64,000 bases of DNA, from IMG/VR virus record IMGVR_UViG_2974779332_000001, positions 32,001-96,000 of that record. The stretch is one strand, 5' to 3'. The DNA is from a virus. Its lineage: Duplodnaviria > Caudoviricetes. The position numbers and the translations under genes are program-made. Positions within the stretch are counted from its first letter, which is position 1; every line of letters begins with the position of its first letter. Under the pieces are notes generated by a model. It was not told the DNA's origin, made no database searches, and saw nothing but the letters and a program-made list of their open reading frames with translations. Of this stretch, positions 41,381 to 49,923 are shown piece after piece.

Positions 41381-41529
41381 TTTGGGTCGAAAGAGATACG
41401 GTTATCTAACAATGGATAATAGGTTCGATTCCTATCGGTGGGTATAGCCCGCTGTGTAAGGCCATCCGAGATGCGTGTGGTAGGATGGCATTGGAACTAC
41501 ACGCTCTCCGTTCTCATCACTTATCCAAA
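41381..41529 (+). ncRNA. Y RNA-like 2 (YrlA-type: Ro stem, T arm, closed acceptor-like hairpin, pseudoknot)
   Basis: TTTGGGT/ATCCAAA, CGAAA, GAGA(T)ACGG/CCGTTCTC; ATAGG-TTCGATT-CCTAT; CGGTGGG/CCCGCTG hairpin; GCCATCC/GGATGGC with loop GCGTGTGGT pairing ACTACACGC. Confidence 0.8.
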
Positions 41530-41539
41530 GGATTTAATC

Positions 41540-42061
41540 ATGACGGTACTTCTAAGAACCATTCATGGTTCACACCTTTACGGTCTCGCTCATGCAGGGT
41601 CTGATAAAGACATCTACGAAGTCATTGCGACTAAGCGTACGAAGCGTAAGCGAAACATCAAGCAGACCATTGCAAATGGTGTTGACAAGACTACAGTTGA
41701 CCTGTCAACATTCATGCATATGGTTGACGAATGCGTACCTCAAGCACTTGAAGCGCTATGGACGCCGGTTGCAGAAATTGATGAAATCAATTCCTTCCGG
41801 ACACAATATCGAGTGAATCGCGCCAAGATGAAGGAAGTATACATTCGAACCGCTCTAAACTTCGCCAAGCATGATGATGTAAAGCGTAAGCGTCACGCTA
41901 TCCGTTTGCTTCTCAATCTTGGAGCAGCTTTGGAATACGGTAAGTTCAATCCCAGACTATCCAATATGGACAAGTTCATTCTCCGCTCATCACTCGGAGA
42001 AACGGGAGCTTATGAGGATGTCTTTCTAGGCGTTCTCGATGAAGTGCAAAAGTGGGTCTGA
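41540..42061 (+). CDS. Pol-beta superfamily nucleotidyltransferase (RlaP/YcgL-like)
   Basis: GSHLYGL...SDKD (GS + DxD) N-terminal motif; K...H..RL helix. Confidence 0.8.
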   Translation: MTVLLRTIHGSHLYGLAHAGSDKDIYEVIATKRTKRKRNIKQTIANGVDKTTVDLSTFMHMVDECVPQALEALWTPVAEIDEINSFRTQYRVNRAKMKEVYIRTALNFAKHDDVKRKRHAIRLLLNLGAALEYGKFNPRLSNMDKFILRSSLGETGAYEDVFLGVLDEVQKWV

Positions 42062-42074
42062 CGGCTCACGCCAA

Positions 42075-42151
42075 TGGGGCGTATACCCTCACTCTGATAA
42101 AGTGTAGAAAGGTTAATCGGTTACATGTGGGTTCAATTCCCACCGTCCCAA
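42075..42151 (+). tRNA. atypical D-armless tRNA-Ile(GAU)
   Basis: TGGGGCG/CGTCCCA acceptor, CACT-CTGATAA-AGTG, T arm GTGGG-TTCAATT-CCCAC; no D stem; D-loop-like TAATCGG lies 3' of the anticodon arm. Confidence 0.65.
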
Positions 42152-42191
42152 CTGGCTCTCTGTGGAGAGCATTCCTAGAAACAACAATAAT

Positions 42192-44009
42192 ATGGTAGAT
42201 TTCGACAAGAGACATTCCAAAGAGATTGTGAAACGCCCTGACTCAGACCTGGAACCCTCCAGGTCTTTTCGGTCTTCCGAGCAGGGTGTATTTTTGCATG
42301 TCAAAAAGGGAATGAAGATAACCACTAAGGCCATTCTGGATTGGGTCTACCTGAATGACTATAAAGAGGAGATTGCTAAGGCTAGAACAGAAGGCAATCT
42401 CGAAAAGGCCCGGAAGTTGAAGATAGAGCAAGAGAAGCGTAGTGAACCAAGACGTAAGAGGTTCTACTCTACCCTTGCTGTACTAATTGCACTTATTGGT
42501 TGGGCCTATGTTACATGGGCCATTGTTCCAATTGTTGTGGTGTTGGTTGTGAGCCTCCTTGCCATGTGGTTTGTAGGTAGCGGCGTCAAGCCTCAGCAGC
42601 TCGTATCAGCAATTACCGGAAAGGAGGAAGAGGAGCTAGACCCAATGGAGCCTTTTCCAATTTCCGATGCACGCAACAGAGACGAGGCTCAGGAATGCTT
42701 GAGGAGAGCCCTTCTTGCTGAGGGAATCACTCCCAGGGTTATCTTGGAACCAACTCGTTACAATTGGGGTTGGGAAATCCCGGTAGTTCTGAGAAAGGGA
42801 ACTCCTGATGATGTAATGTCTAAGGCTAAGAAGATGGAGACACTACTAAGACTTCCTACTGATGGAATGCTAGTAGCTGCTACTCGATTCCGGGCCGAAG
42901 TAATTATTCGTCTCATGCAGACCGACCCATTTGCCGACATGAGAAACGAACCAAGGGCTGAACCACTCTCACGTTCAATCAAGAAGAAGTACAAGATTGC
43001 ACAGAGAATGGATGGTCAGTCCCTTGAAATCAGCTTGCTGAGAAATCACGCAGTTGTTATTGCAGCGCCTGGTGGTGGAAAGTCTATGTTCATGCGTAAG
43101 CTAGCAGACATCACCACTAGCTGTAGAGATTGTGTAACCTGGGACATTGACCCTGGTGGCAATGGACTCGAAGTCTTCGGAAGTGCTATCGCAAGGCGTG
43201 GTAGGACAGAAGAGGAAATTGAAGAAATGCTAACCGAGGCTCTAGAGTACACCAAGATTCGTGCAAAGAAGCTGACGAAGCTTCGCATGGGTGACAACTG
43301 GCAGCCAAGCAAGGAACATCCTGCTCTTATCATCTTCATTGATGAGTTTATTCAGCTAAACAAGAAGTGCAAGGAACTGGCCATTGACATTATCCGCAAT
43401 GGACGTAAGTCTGCTATTACTGTTGTGCTAGCTGCGCAGCAGGCTACAAAGGACCAACTTGGTGCCGCCATTGCAGATGCAGTGTCTATCAAGGTTATGT
43501 TTGCTTCTCGTCACGCTGACGTACCTCTAGTATTCGGAGAGGGTATGTTGTCCCAGGGCTGGAGACCTGATAAGCTACATCCAGCATCAGGTGAGGACGT
43601 GGAAGACGCTGGTAAGTGTTACATTTTGGGCGGTGGCTCAAGGGAACCTTATCTATACAAGGTAACTCCAATAGAACCTGATGAGGCTATCGAGATGGGT
43701 GATGAGCGTGAAGCAGAGGGCATGCCCGAACTTGACAGTGATACCTACCTAGATGTTACAGTTACAGACACAACAGACAAGCGCCTCTTGGAGGACGTGC
43801 TTGACATCTTTGAGAACTTTGACGAGAATGACTGGCTTCCTGCCAGCATCTTGGTCAAGGAACTTAAGGGCTACGGTCACACCTTGACAGCTCGTCAGTT
43901 GCATGAGACTCTAGGAGATACCGGTCGAGAGAGCCGTATTTGGGAAGGGTCCAAGTACAAGGTGGCTGGTTACTTCCGAAAGAACATCGAAAAGCAATTG
44001 GAGAAGTAA
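42192..44009 (+). CDS. FtsK/TraB-like DNA translocase
   Basis: N-terminal TM pair, Walker A APGGGKS, Walker B IFIDE, GRK...AAQ, probable C-terminal wHTH. Confidence 0.85.
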   Translation: MVDFDKRHSKEIVKRPDSDLEPSRSFRSSEQGVFLHVKKGMKITTKAILDWVYLNDYKEEIAKARTEGNLEKARKLKIEQEKRSEPRRKRFYSTLAVLIALIGWAYVTWAIVPIVVVLVVSLLAMWFVGSGVKPQQLVSAITGKEEEELDPMEPFPISDARNRDEAQECLRRALLAEGITPRVILEPTRYNWGWEIPVVLRKGTPDDVMSKAKKMETLLRLPTDGMLVAATRFRAEVIIRLMQTDPFADMRNEPRAEPLSRSIKKKYKIAQRMDGQSLEISLLRNHAVVIAAPGGGKSMFMRKLADITTSCRDCVTWDIDPGGNGLEVFGSAIARRGRTEEEIEEMLTEALEYTKIRAKKLTKLRMGDNWQPSKEHPALIIFIDEFIQLNKKCKELAIDIIRNGRKSAITVVLAAQQATKDQLGAAIADAVSIKVMFASRHADVPLVFGEGMLSQGWRPDKLHPASGEDVEDAGKCYILGGGSREPYLYKVTPIEPDEAIEMGDEREAEGMPELDSDTYLDVTVTDTTDKRLLEDVLDIFENFDENDWLPASILVKELKGYGHTLTARQLHETLGDTGRESRIWEGSKYKVAGYFRKNIEKQLEK

Positions 44010-44012
44010 AAC

Positions 44013-44228
44013 ATGTGGACAGCAGGTGTAATTTTCTACCTGGTTGTCTGTGCATATCTCTGTAAGAAGAAGGGCTGGCAGATTCATTATCTCGCCTGGG
44101 GTGCCGTTGGTGGGCTTCTTCTAGCCACCATCGTTCCTACCCTCCCTGCACAGACAAAGACTACTATGGAAAACACTGCTCAGGTAGTCGTTTCCATCTT
44201 TAACAGCACGGGCATCGGGCAGGGTTGA
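44013..44228 (+). CDS. small membrane protein
   Basis: 71 aa, two hydrophobic segments, directly after the FtsK-like gene. Confidence 0.65.
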   Translation: MWTAGVIFYLVVCAYLCKKKGWQIHYLAWGAVGGLLLATIVPTLPAQTKTTMENTAQVVVSIFNSTGIGQG

Positions 44229-44253
44229 CAGTAGCCCTGCTACGATGTAGCAT
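44225..44253 (+). promoter_or_regulatory. sigma70-type promoter
   Basis: TTGACA-17 bp-TAGCAT. Confidence 0.65.
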
Positions 44254-44286
44254 AGATTTAAACCTAGCCCTTGTGGGGCTAGACGA

Positions 44287-44359
44287 GCGCCAGTAGCATA
44301 ACGGTCGATGCAGCAGGCTTATATCCTGACGATAGAAGGTTCAATTCCTTCCTGGCGTA
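44287..44359 (+). tRNA. tRNA-Ile(UAU)
   Basis: GCGCCAG/CTGGCGT acceptor, CAGG-CTTATAT-CCTG. Confidence 0.85.
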
Positions 44360-44390
44360 CGCTATATCACTACAATTAGATGGAGCTAAA

Positions 44391-44555
44391 GTGGCTCTTT
44401 CCCATCCTGACGGTACTAAAATCGTCATTACCAGGGGCCAGTACAGGAACAAGCAAGGCACAGTTACCGTCGTCGGTAAGATTAAGCTGGTTGTTCTTGA
44501 CGATGGCACTGAGCTTATGGCTGTTTCTGACGAAATGGCTCGGAAAGTACAGTGA
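44391..44555 (+). CDS. small KOW/SH3-like protein (not in ORF track)
   Basis: GTG after GGAG; GTKIVITRGQYRNKQGTV KOW-like motif. Confidence 0.6.
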   Translation: MALSHPDGTKIVITRGQYRNKQGTVTVVGKIKLVVLDDGTELMAVSDEMARKVQ

Positions 44556-44556
44556 C

Positions 44557-44730
44557 ATGGAAAGCAAGAAGTATCTCTCAGTAGGAGACATTGTATTTGT
44601 TCTCCAGACTCGTGCGGAGGTTTACGACCTCGTAGATACAAATACTTCACTTCTAAAGGTACGTTTCCTTGAGGGACCGGCCCAAGGTGAAGTAAGTCTA
44701 GTAGTTCTTAAGCAGGTTGAGCGCGACTGA
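44557..44730 (+). CDS. small SH3-like protein
   Basis: LSVGDIV...AEV...KVRF pattern. Confidence 0.55.
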   Translation: MESKKYLSVGDIVFVLQTRAEVYDLVDTNTSLLKVRFLEGPAQGEVSLVVLKQVERD

Positions 44731-44739
44731 GCGCTCTTT

Positions 44740-44826
44740 GGAGAGTAAGCGATTGGCTAGCGGGCATCCTGGAAAGGTGCTAAGAGGTATCCCCTCGGCT
44801 GGGTTCGATTCCCAGGCTTTCCTCCA
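44740..44826 (+). tRNA. tRNA-Ser(GGA)
   Basis: Long variable arm, loop CTGGAAA, encoded CCA. Confidence 0.88.
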
Positions 44827-44872
44827 ACTGTTCAATTTTGCATTAGGAATTGAACAGAGATATAATTCTGTC

Positions 44873-45292
44873 ATGAATACATTTAAGACAGATATTATTC
44901 GCCTTCGTGATGAGGGCAAAACGTACGCAGAAATTGTCAGTGAACTTGGATGTTCTAAGGGTACTGTTGCTTACTATTGCGGTGCAGACCAAAAGGCGAA
45001 AATGCTCTCGCGTCAAAGAGACAGAAGGAACAGAGTTCGTAAGTTTCTTCAAGAGCACAAGCAAGCCTCTGGCTGTGTCGATTGTAAGGAAATGTATCCT
45101 TACTGGATTCTTGAGCTTGACCATTGTCGCGGAGAAGCTAAGGTAGGAAATGTATCAGAGATGATAGGTAGCCATAGCTTTGAAGAGATTATGAAAGAGG
45201 TCGAGAAGTGTGATGTTGTTTGTGCTAATTGCCACAGGCAGCGCACATGGGAACGTATGGTTAAATCCAGTGGAGAGGTTATCCTAGACTAG
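44873..45292 (+). CDS. HTH-HNH endonuclease (homing-type)
   Basis: N-terminal HTH, CVDC, ELDH, CANCH..RT; inserted between two tRNA-Ser genes. Confidence 0.85.
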   Translation: MNTFKTDIIRLRDEGKTYAEIVSELGCSKGTVAYYCGADQKAKMLSRQRDRRNRVRKFLQEHKQASGCVDCKEMYPYWILELDHCRGEAKVGNVSEMIGSHSFEEIMKEVEKCDVVCANCHRQRTWERMVKSSGEVILD

Positions 45293-45308
45293 ACGCAGGA
45301 GGTGCAGA

Positions 45309-45527
45309 ATGATAATCTGTGGTGACACAGTTAAAGTAAAGCACGACCGTCCTAATGTGGACCCCGCCTATTATGGAAAGCGTGGTAGGATTCATAAGAG
45401 GACTCGTATTCTTGGCGCTCTAGGTGCTGGGCAATACGAAATTATGTTCTTCGAAAGAGAACTCAATCACCCAATCGTGGGTGTTATGGGTGGCTTCAAC
45501 GAAGATGACCTGGAAGTCGAACGCTGA
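45309..45527 (+). CDS. small KOW/SH3-like protein
   Basis: GGAGG RBS; GDTVKV...YYGKRGRI. Confidence 0.6.
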   Translation: MIICGDTVKVKHDRPNVDPAYYGKRGRIHKRTRILGALGAGQYEIMFFERELNHPIVGVMGGFNEDDLEVER

Positions 45528-45536
45528 CTTCCCTAT

Positions 45537-45627
45537 GGAAGGTTAAGCCGAGTGAGGACTAACGGCAGCAGTCTTGAAAACTGTTTAGGTGTAAAAGCCT
45601 GTGTGGGTTCGAGCCCCACACCTTCCG
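45537..45627 (+). tRNA. tRNA-Ser(UGA)
   Basis: GGAAGGT/ACCTTCC, loop CTTGAAA, long variable arm. Confidence 0.92.
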
Positions 45628-45628
45628 C

Positions 45629-45838
45629 ATGAGCCTAATTAAAAAGTATAAAGTAGGTGATAGGGTCGTTCTTACTGACGGAGAAGGTGTTGGTAATGTT
45701 GGCGACCTTGGTACAGTCTCACAGGTGAATTGGATTGCCAAGAAGCGATTTTGGTGGTACGGGGTAACTCTCGATAATCCGCCAAAGGGCAAGGCATCCA
45801 GTTACATGTTCAGGGACTATATGATTCGAAAGGCATAA
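45629..45838 (+). CDS. small SH3-like protein
   Basis: KYKVGDRVV...GDLGTV...YGV.LD. Confidence 0.65.
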   Translation: MSLIKKYKVGDRVVLTDGEGVGNVGDLGTVSQVNWIAKKRFWWYGVTLDNPPKGKASSYMFRDYMIRKA

Positions 45839-45839
45839 G

Positions 45840-46028
45840 GTGCCCAAGAACAAGGAAGAACTACAACGACAGCTAAACGCTTTCAAGCAGGAGCTTAAGG
45901 ATTATGAGGCTAAGCTTGAAAGGGCGAAGCAGACCAATAACAGAGACGACGTGGTGAATTATGCCATGACTGTTGCTGGTCTAAAGAACTCCATAAAGGA
46001 AATCGGCACTCAGTTGAGGTCAATGTGA
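45840..46028 (+). CDS. small coiled-coil protein
   Basis: 62 aa, helical hairpin. Confidence 0.6.
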   Translation: MPKNKEELQRQLNAFKQELKDYEAKLERAKQTNNRDDVVNYAMTVAGLKNSIKEIGTQLRSM

Positions 46029-46417
46029 GTGCAGTCCTTATAGGAGTTCTTCTTCATTTTGTGGGTGACTATCTAATCCAGACGGATTGGATGGCACAAC
46101 TTAAGACAAAAAGGTGGGCACCTGCCATTGTCCATGGTGTCACATACGGTGTCCCCTTCATATTTGTCACAATGTCACCAATAGCATTGGCTGTCATCAT
46201 TGTCACTCACATTGTCATTGACCATTACAGATTGGCCCGGCATGTAGTATGGGCCAAGAATCAGCTAGCTCCAAAGGAATGGCGGTATCCTTGGAGCGAA
46301 GGCAACCTAACAGGCTATAGAAATGATGCACCTGTATGGCTTACCACCTGGCTGATGATTATCGCTGACAATACAATTCACATTGCTATCAACACTTTAG
46401 CCATCCTCTTTCTCTGA
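46025..46417 (+). CDS. membrane protein, DUF3307-like
   Basis: H..GDY..Q..WMA..K, H...Y, H..ID, D.T.H motifs. Confidence 0.75.
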   Translation: MSAVLIGVLLHFVGDYLIQTDWMAQLKTKRWAPAIVHGVTYGVPFIFVTMSPIALAVIIVTHIVIDHYRLARHVVWAKNQLAPKEWRYPWSEGNLTGYRNDAPVWLTTWLMIIADNTIHIAINTLAILFL

Positions 46418-46454
46418 GGATGGCTTTTAGTGTTTTTGGTGATAAAATAAATGC

Positions 46455-48410
46455 ATGGCTAATTCAACACCTTTGCTCGGAGCCGGTAATGTAACGACTG
46501 CCAGCAATTCAAATGCGACATCAATCACCGTTAACAAGCCAGCTAATCTGGCTGACGGTCATTATATGTTTGCGGCTATCCTTCAAAGGAATGCGGCTGG
46601 TACGTGGACGGTTCCTTCTGGTTGGACTGCCGTAGGGGTAACACAGCAAGACTATGTAGACTGTAAGGTCTACTACAAATACGTACCAAGCGCGGCAGCG
46701 GAGAGCGCCACAAACTACACCTGGACGACCAATAAGACGGCCGAGAGAATTGTAGCAATAGTCTGGCTACAGACGAACACTGATGGCGTTTCTCCAATTG
46801 ATGCGCTGGGCACTGGAGTAGCTACAGCACCCAACAGAACAAGCATGAACTTCACCTCTGTTACTGCTGTCAGCTCACATGCCACCTTGATTGCTGTAGG
46901 ATATAGCACAATTGCTGGAGGAGCATCAGCACCAATTGGTTCTACGCCAACTGGTATGACGGAGATTACTAACGTCAATATTGCTAATGCCACTCCTAAT
47001 GCATTGGACTTGAAGGTATCTTATCAGATACTTTCTGTTGCTGGCGCAACAGGCACAAGGACTACCAACTTCTCACCGGCCGCTTCTGGTTCTGGTGGAT
47101 TCACATTCACTATCAATCCTGTCGGTGACGCACCTCCAACGACTGTTGCCATGAGACAAGGACTTTGTGACAAGGACAAAATCCGTGTCCTCGCGAGGAC
47201 AAGTTCCACGTCATCTGTCCGTCTTGCTGTGTCACTGTCCAGTGACATGTCATCTCCTGTGTACTCATCATCAGTGACACCAGACAGTGACGGATATTCC
47301 AAGCTGACTGTCACTGGATTGTCCAGTGACACGAAGTATTGGTATTGTCTTGAGCTTAATGGTGTCCTCAACACGAGTGTCACTGGAGTTTCAAGAACCT
47401 TCCCAGTGAATGGTTCATTCAGCTTCCTTGCAGCCTCATGTTCATTCACAGCATCCAATCATGCAGTCTTTGATGGGATGAGAACCAGAACTGGACCTGA
47501 TAGCTTGCCAGCAAGATTCTTTGCTCATCTTGGTGATGTGCACTATGAGCATGCTAGCTACAGCTCCAATCCAATCGCTCCAAATGACCCTGTAGAGCAC
47601 CGTACGAATTACGAGAATAGTCTGATGACCGCCAGACAGCAGGCGCTTTGGAGAGATATTCCTGTGAGCCATACGTACTCAGATAACGACTTCTGCGGAA
47701 GCAATTCTGACTCAACGTATGCCGCTCGTCCTGCCATTATCAGTGTGCGTCATCAGATTATGATTGACCCGCCTCTGCCTGACTCTGGAGGAAATGGTCT
47801 TTGGAGAACGTGGGTAGTTGGCCGAGTACGTTTTATACAAACCGACAGCCGTACCTACATGTCTGCAAAGGGGTCTACAGACAACAGCTCTAAGACTATG
47901 CTTGGAGCGGAACAGAAAGCTTGGCTCAAGACACAACTTCTACAGCCAGAGCTTCTTAAGGTATGGTTCCATGACCAAGCATGGGGAGGAGTAGCAACAA
48001 ACCCCGGCAACAATGATACTTGGCAAGCATTCAATACTGAAAGAGTAGAGATAGGAAACTTCATCTCTTCTAATCAAGTGAAGGTTGTGTATATTCATGG
48101 AGACAGCCACAGGCTGTCTGCCGATGATGGAGTATTGAATACAAGAGGAGGCTTTCCAACTATCTCTTGTGCTCCTATGGACCAATCAGCACAAGGAGGA
48201 GATTCAACAGGTGAAGCTAATTCAGCAGGAGTTTATCCAGCTTATGGTGTTACTCAGCAAGGAAATCATTATGGTTGGTTTGATGTAGACGATGATGGTT
48301 ACCAGCTCTCCTTGATATTCAAGGGATATGACTCAACAGGAACACAAAGGGTAACAATGACAGTTACAGTCAGTCCTACTGTAGCTACTGGTTGGGGTTA
48401 TCCTCTCTGA
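46455..48410 (+). CDS. phoD: PhoD-like alkaline phosphatase/phosphodiesterase with N-terminal beta-rich domain
   Basis: F.F.AASC, HLGD.HY, DND, TD.R, MLG.EQK.WL, W..F..ER, GDSH; Fn3-like middle region. Confidence 0.8.
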   Translation: MANSTPLLGAGNVTTASNSNATSITVNKPANLADGHYMFAAILQRNAAGTWTVPSGWTAVGVTQQDYVDCKVYYKYVPSAAAESATNYTWTTNKTAERIVAIVWLQTNTDGVSPIDALGTGVATAPNRTSMNFTSVTAVSSHATLIAVGYSTIAGGASAPIGSTPTGMTEITNVNIANATPNALDLKVSYQILSVAGATGTRTTNFSPAASGSGGFTFTINPVGDAPPTTVAMRQGLCDKDKIRVLARTSSTSSVRLAVSLSSDMSSPVYSSSVTPDSDGYSKLTVTGLSSDTKYWYCLELNGVLNTSVTGVSRTFPVNGSFSFLAASCSFTASNHAVFDGMRTRTGPDSLPARFFAHLGDVHYEHASYSSNPIAPNDPVEHRTNYENSLMTARQQALWRDIPVSHTYSDNDFCGSNSDSTYAARPAIISVRHQIMIDPPLPDSGGNGLWRTWVVGRVRFIQTDSRTYMSAKGSTDNSSKTMLGAEQKAWLKTQLLQPELLKVWFHDQAWGGVATNPGNNDTWQAFNTERVEIGNFISSNQVKVVYIHGDSHRLSADDGVLNTRGGFPTISCAPMDQSAQGGDSTGEANSAGVYPAYGVTQQGNHYGWFDVDDDGYQLSLIFKGYDSTGTQRVTMTVTVSPTVATGWGYPL

Positions 48411-48411
48411 G

Positions 48412-48441
48412 TTGACAGCCTCCTTGAGACCATGCTAGTGT
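48412..48441 (+). promoter_or_regulatory. sigma70-type promoter
   Basis: TTGACA-18 bp-TAGTGT. Confidence 0.55.
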
Positions 48442-48517
48442 GTAGTTACACTAGAAAATATAAAGAAAAAGATAGTTAAAAGAATCCAGAAACGGATTAG
48501 AATAGGATAGTAATTAA

Positions 48518-48805
48518 ATGAGACTCTTTGAACTTCATAGAGACGTTGATTCATCTGGCGTCTCTGGAACAGGAGTCGTTGCGCAGGGTGTCGAGTTTGA
48601 CAACCGGCAGTGTTGTATGACATGGTTGACCGAATGGAACTCAGTGGCTGTCTATCCTGACATCACTACCCTTGAAGCCATCCATGGACACAACGGCAAC
48701 ACTCGTGTAGTATGGGTTGAAGGCCCGGCAACCGAAAGATATGTCGAAGTAGCTGGTAAGAAGGTTCCTGTCCACACAGTTGACAGGTTCTCCGAGAACC
48801 GCTAG
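48518..48805 (+). CDS. conserved actinophage hypothetical protein
   Basis: F.L.R..D.SGVSGTG.VA.GV.F...HGH.G.T motif. Confidence 0.75.
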   Translation: MRLFELHRDVDSSGVSGTGVVAQGVEFDNRQCCMTWLTEWNSVAVYPDITTLEAIHGHNGNTRVVWVEGPATERYVEVAGKKVPVHTVDRFSENR

Positions 48806-48808
48806 AGT
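48780..48808 (+). promoter_or_regulatory. promoter of the tRNA-Asp / Y RNA-like 3 / Ro60 unit
   Basis: TTGACA-17 bp-TAGAGT. Confidence 0.7.
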
Positions 48809-48886
48809 AGAACGTAGAGCAGGTCGGCAAGCAGGTAAGTGAGGAACACAGGAGCTTGAACCACAACCCCTCCGCCTAGCTCTCTT

Positions 48887-48962
48887 GCGTCTGTAGTATA
48901 GTCTGGTCTAATGCACCTGATTGTCAATCAGGAAATCGCGGGTTCGAATCCCGTCAGGCGCG
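48887..48962 (+). tRNA. tRNA-Asp(GUC)
   Basis: GCGTCTG/CAGGCGC, loop TTGTCAA. Confidence 0.92.
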
Positions 48963-48967
48963 CACAT

Positions 48968-49040
48968 CCCGGCGTGGTGAACTGGTTTATCACACTTGTC
49001 TGTCGAACAAGAGTAGAGGGTTCAATTCCCTTCGTCGGGG
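48968..49040 (+). tRNA. tRNA-Asp(GUC)
   Basis: CCCGGCG/CGTCGGG, loop CTGTCGA. Confidence 0.9.
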
Positions 49041-49043
49041 CTT

Positions 49044-49155
49044 TGTGGGTCGAAAGAGTAATCGGTTATCTTCCCTTTGAAATGAGAAAATGGTAGGTTC
49101 GAATCCTACGTAGGCCAAGGAGCGGCCAACTCCGATTCTCACCAATATATCCACA
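49044..49155 (+). ncRNA. Y RNA-like 3 (Ro stem, T arm, short hairpin)
   Basis: TGTGGGT/ATCCACA, CGAAA, GAG(T)AATCGG/CCGATTCTC, GGTTATCT, GTAGG-TTCGAAT-CCTAC, GGCC/GGCC; 770 bp upstream of Ro60. Confidence 0.82.
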
Positions 49156-49160
49156 CCAGT

Positions 49161-49484
49161 ATGAACACTGATGAGAAGATTGCACGAATTAAGGAACTCT
49201 GGAAAGAGTACACTTATCCTGATGACACAATCCACACACTACAAGACGAGACTCCCGAAGGGGAGTTCAAGCCTGTCTGGGTGGAAACCGTCGAGGAAGG
49301 TGAGTCTCGCTGGATGATTCATACCCTTGAGGTATTTGAAATCGAAGAAGGTGTATACGTAGGTGTACGCTGGGAGCGAGGCAAGACAGAGATGCAAGAG
49401 AATCTATTCGAAGATAACAACGTCTATCGCGTAGACAAGGAGATTGTTCAGCGCGTAGACTGGAGCGCAAAGGAAGCTCTGTGA
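49161..49484 (+). CDS. hypothetical acidic protein
   Basis: 107-aa ORF; SRW......VF....G.Y....W..G.TE.QE motif. Confidence 0.65.
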   Translation: MNTDEKIARIKELWKEYTYPDDTIHTLQDETPEGEFKPVWVETVEEGESRWMIHTLEVFEIEEGVYVGVRWERGKTEMQENLFEDNNVYRVDKEIVQRVDWSAKEAL

Positions 49485-49894
49485 AGAATTGGCTCGGGCA
49501 CGATATTGTTGTTGGAGCAATTGTTTTTCGTGGTGGACGACAGGGCGACAGTTCATCCTTCCGGGTAGGCATTGTGGATGATTTTGATACGTCCAAGGCA
49601 CGCCCGGCAAGGGTTGACTGGAGGTTCGATGCAGGAACCAGACGAATTTGGTTTGGTGAGACTGCATGGGAGAGGCATCCAGATGACTATTCAGTTATGG
49701 GTCCTCACAAGTCAAGTACACAACGAACACGATACGAAATTAACGATTTGGTACGGCTGGATAATGACCAGCTTGAATACCTAGAACAGCGTGATAAGCT
49801 GTGTACACTTGCCCAACACTACAAGATTCGCAAGGAAGACTTCACTGCATTCGAGCAGGACTTTCTTGCAGGAAATGTCCCTGACATCAATTAA
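49481..49894 (+). CDS. hypothetical protein (SH3-like N-terminus)
   Basis: 137-aa ORF coupled to the previous gene. Confidence 0.6.
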   Translation: MKNWLGHDIVVGAIVFRGGRQGDSSSFRVGIVDDFDTSKARPARVDWRFDAGTRRIWFGETAWERHPDDYSVMGPHKSSTQRTRYEINDLVRLDNDQLEYLEQRDKLCTLAQHYKIRKEDFTAFEQDFLAGNVPDIN

Positions 49895-49923
49895 TATGCC
49901 CAAAAGGGCCGGAAGGAAAAGTA

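Noticed and set aside
41438-41539. Upstream extension of the nucleotidyltransferase ORF
   Set aside because: Lies within Y RNA-like 2; ATG 41540 follows AAGGA and precedes the catalytic motif.
44380-44730. 116-aa ORF from the track
   Set aside because: Better explained by two smaller ORFs, 44391-44555 (other frame, KOW-like) and 44557-44730.
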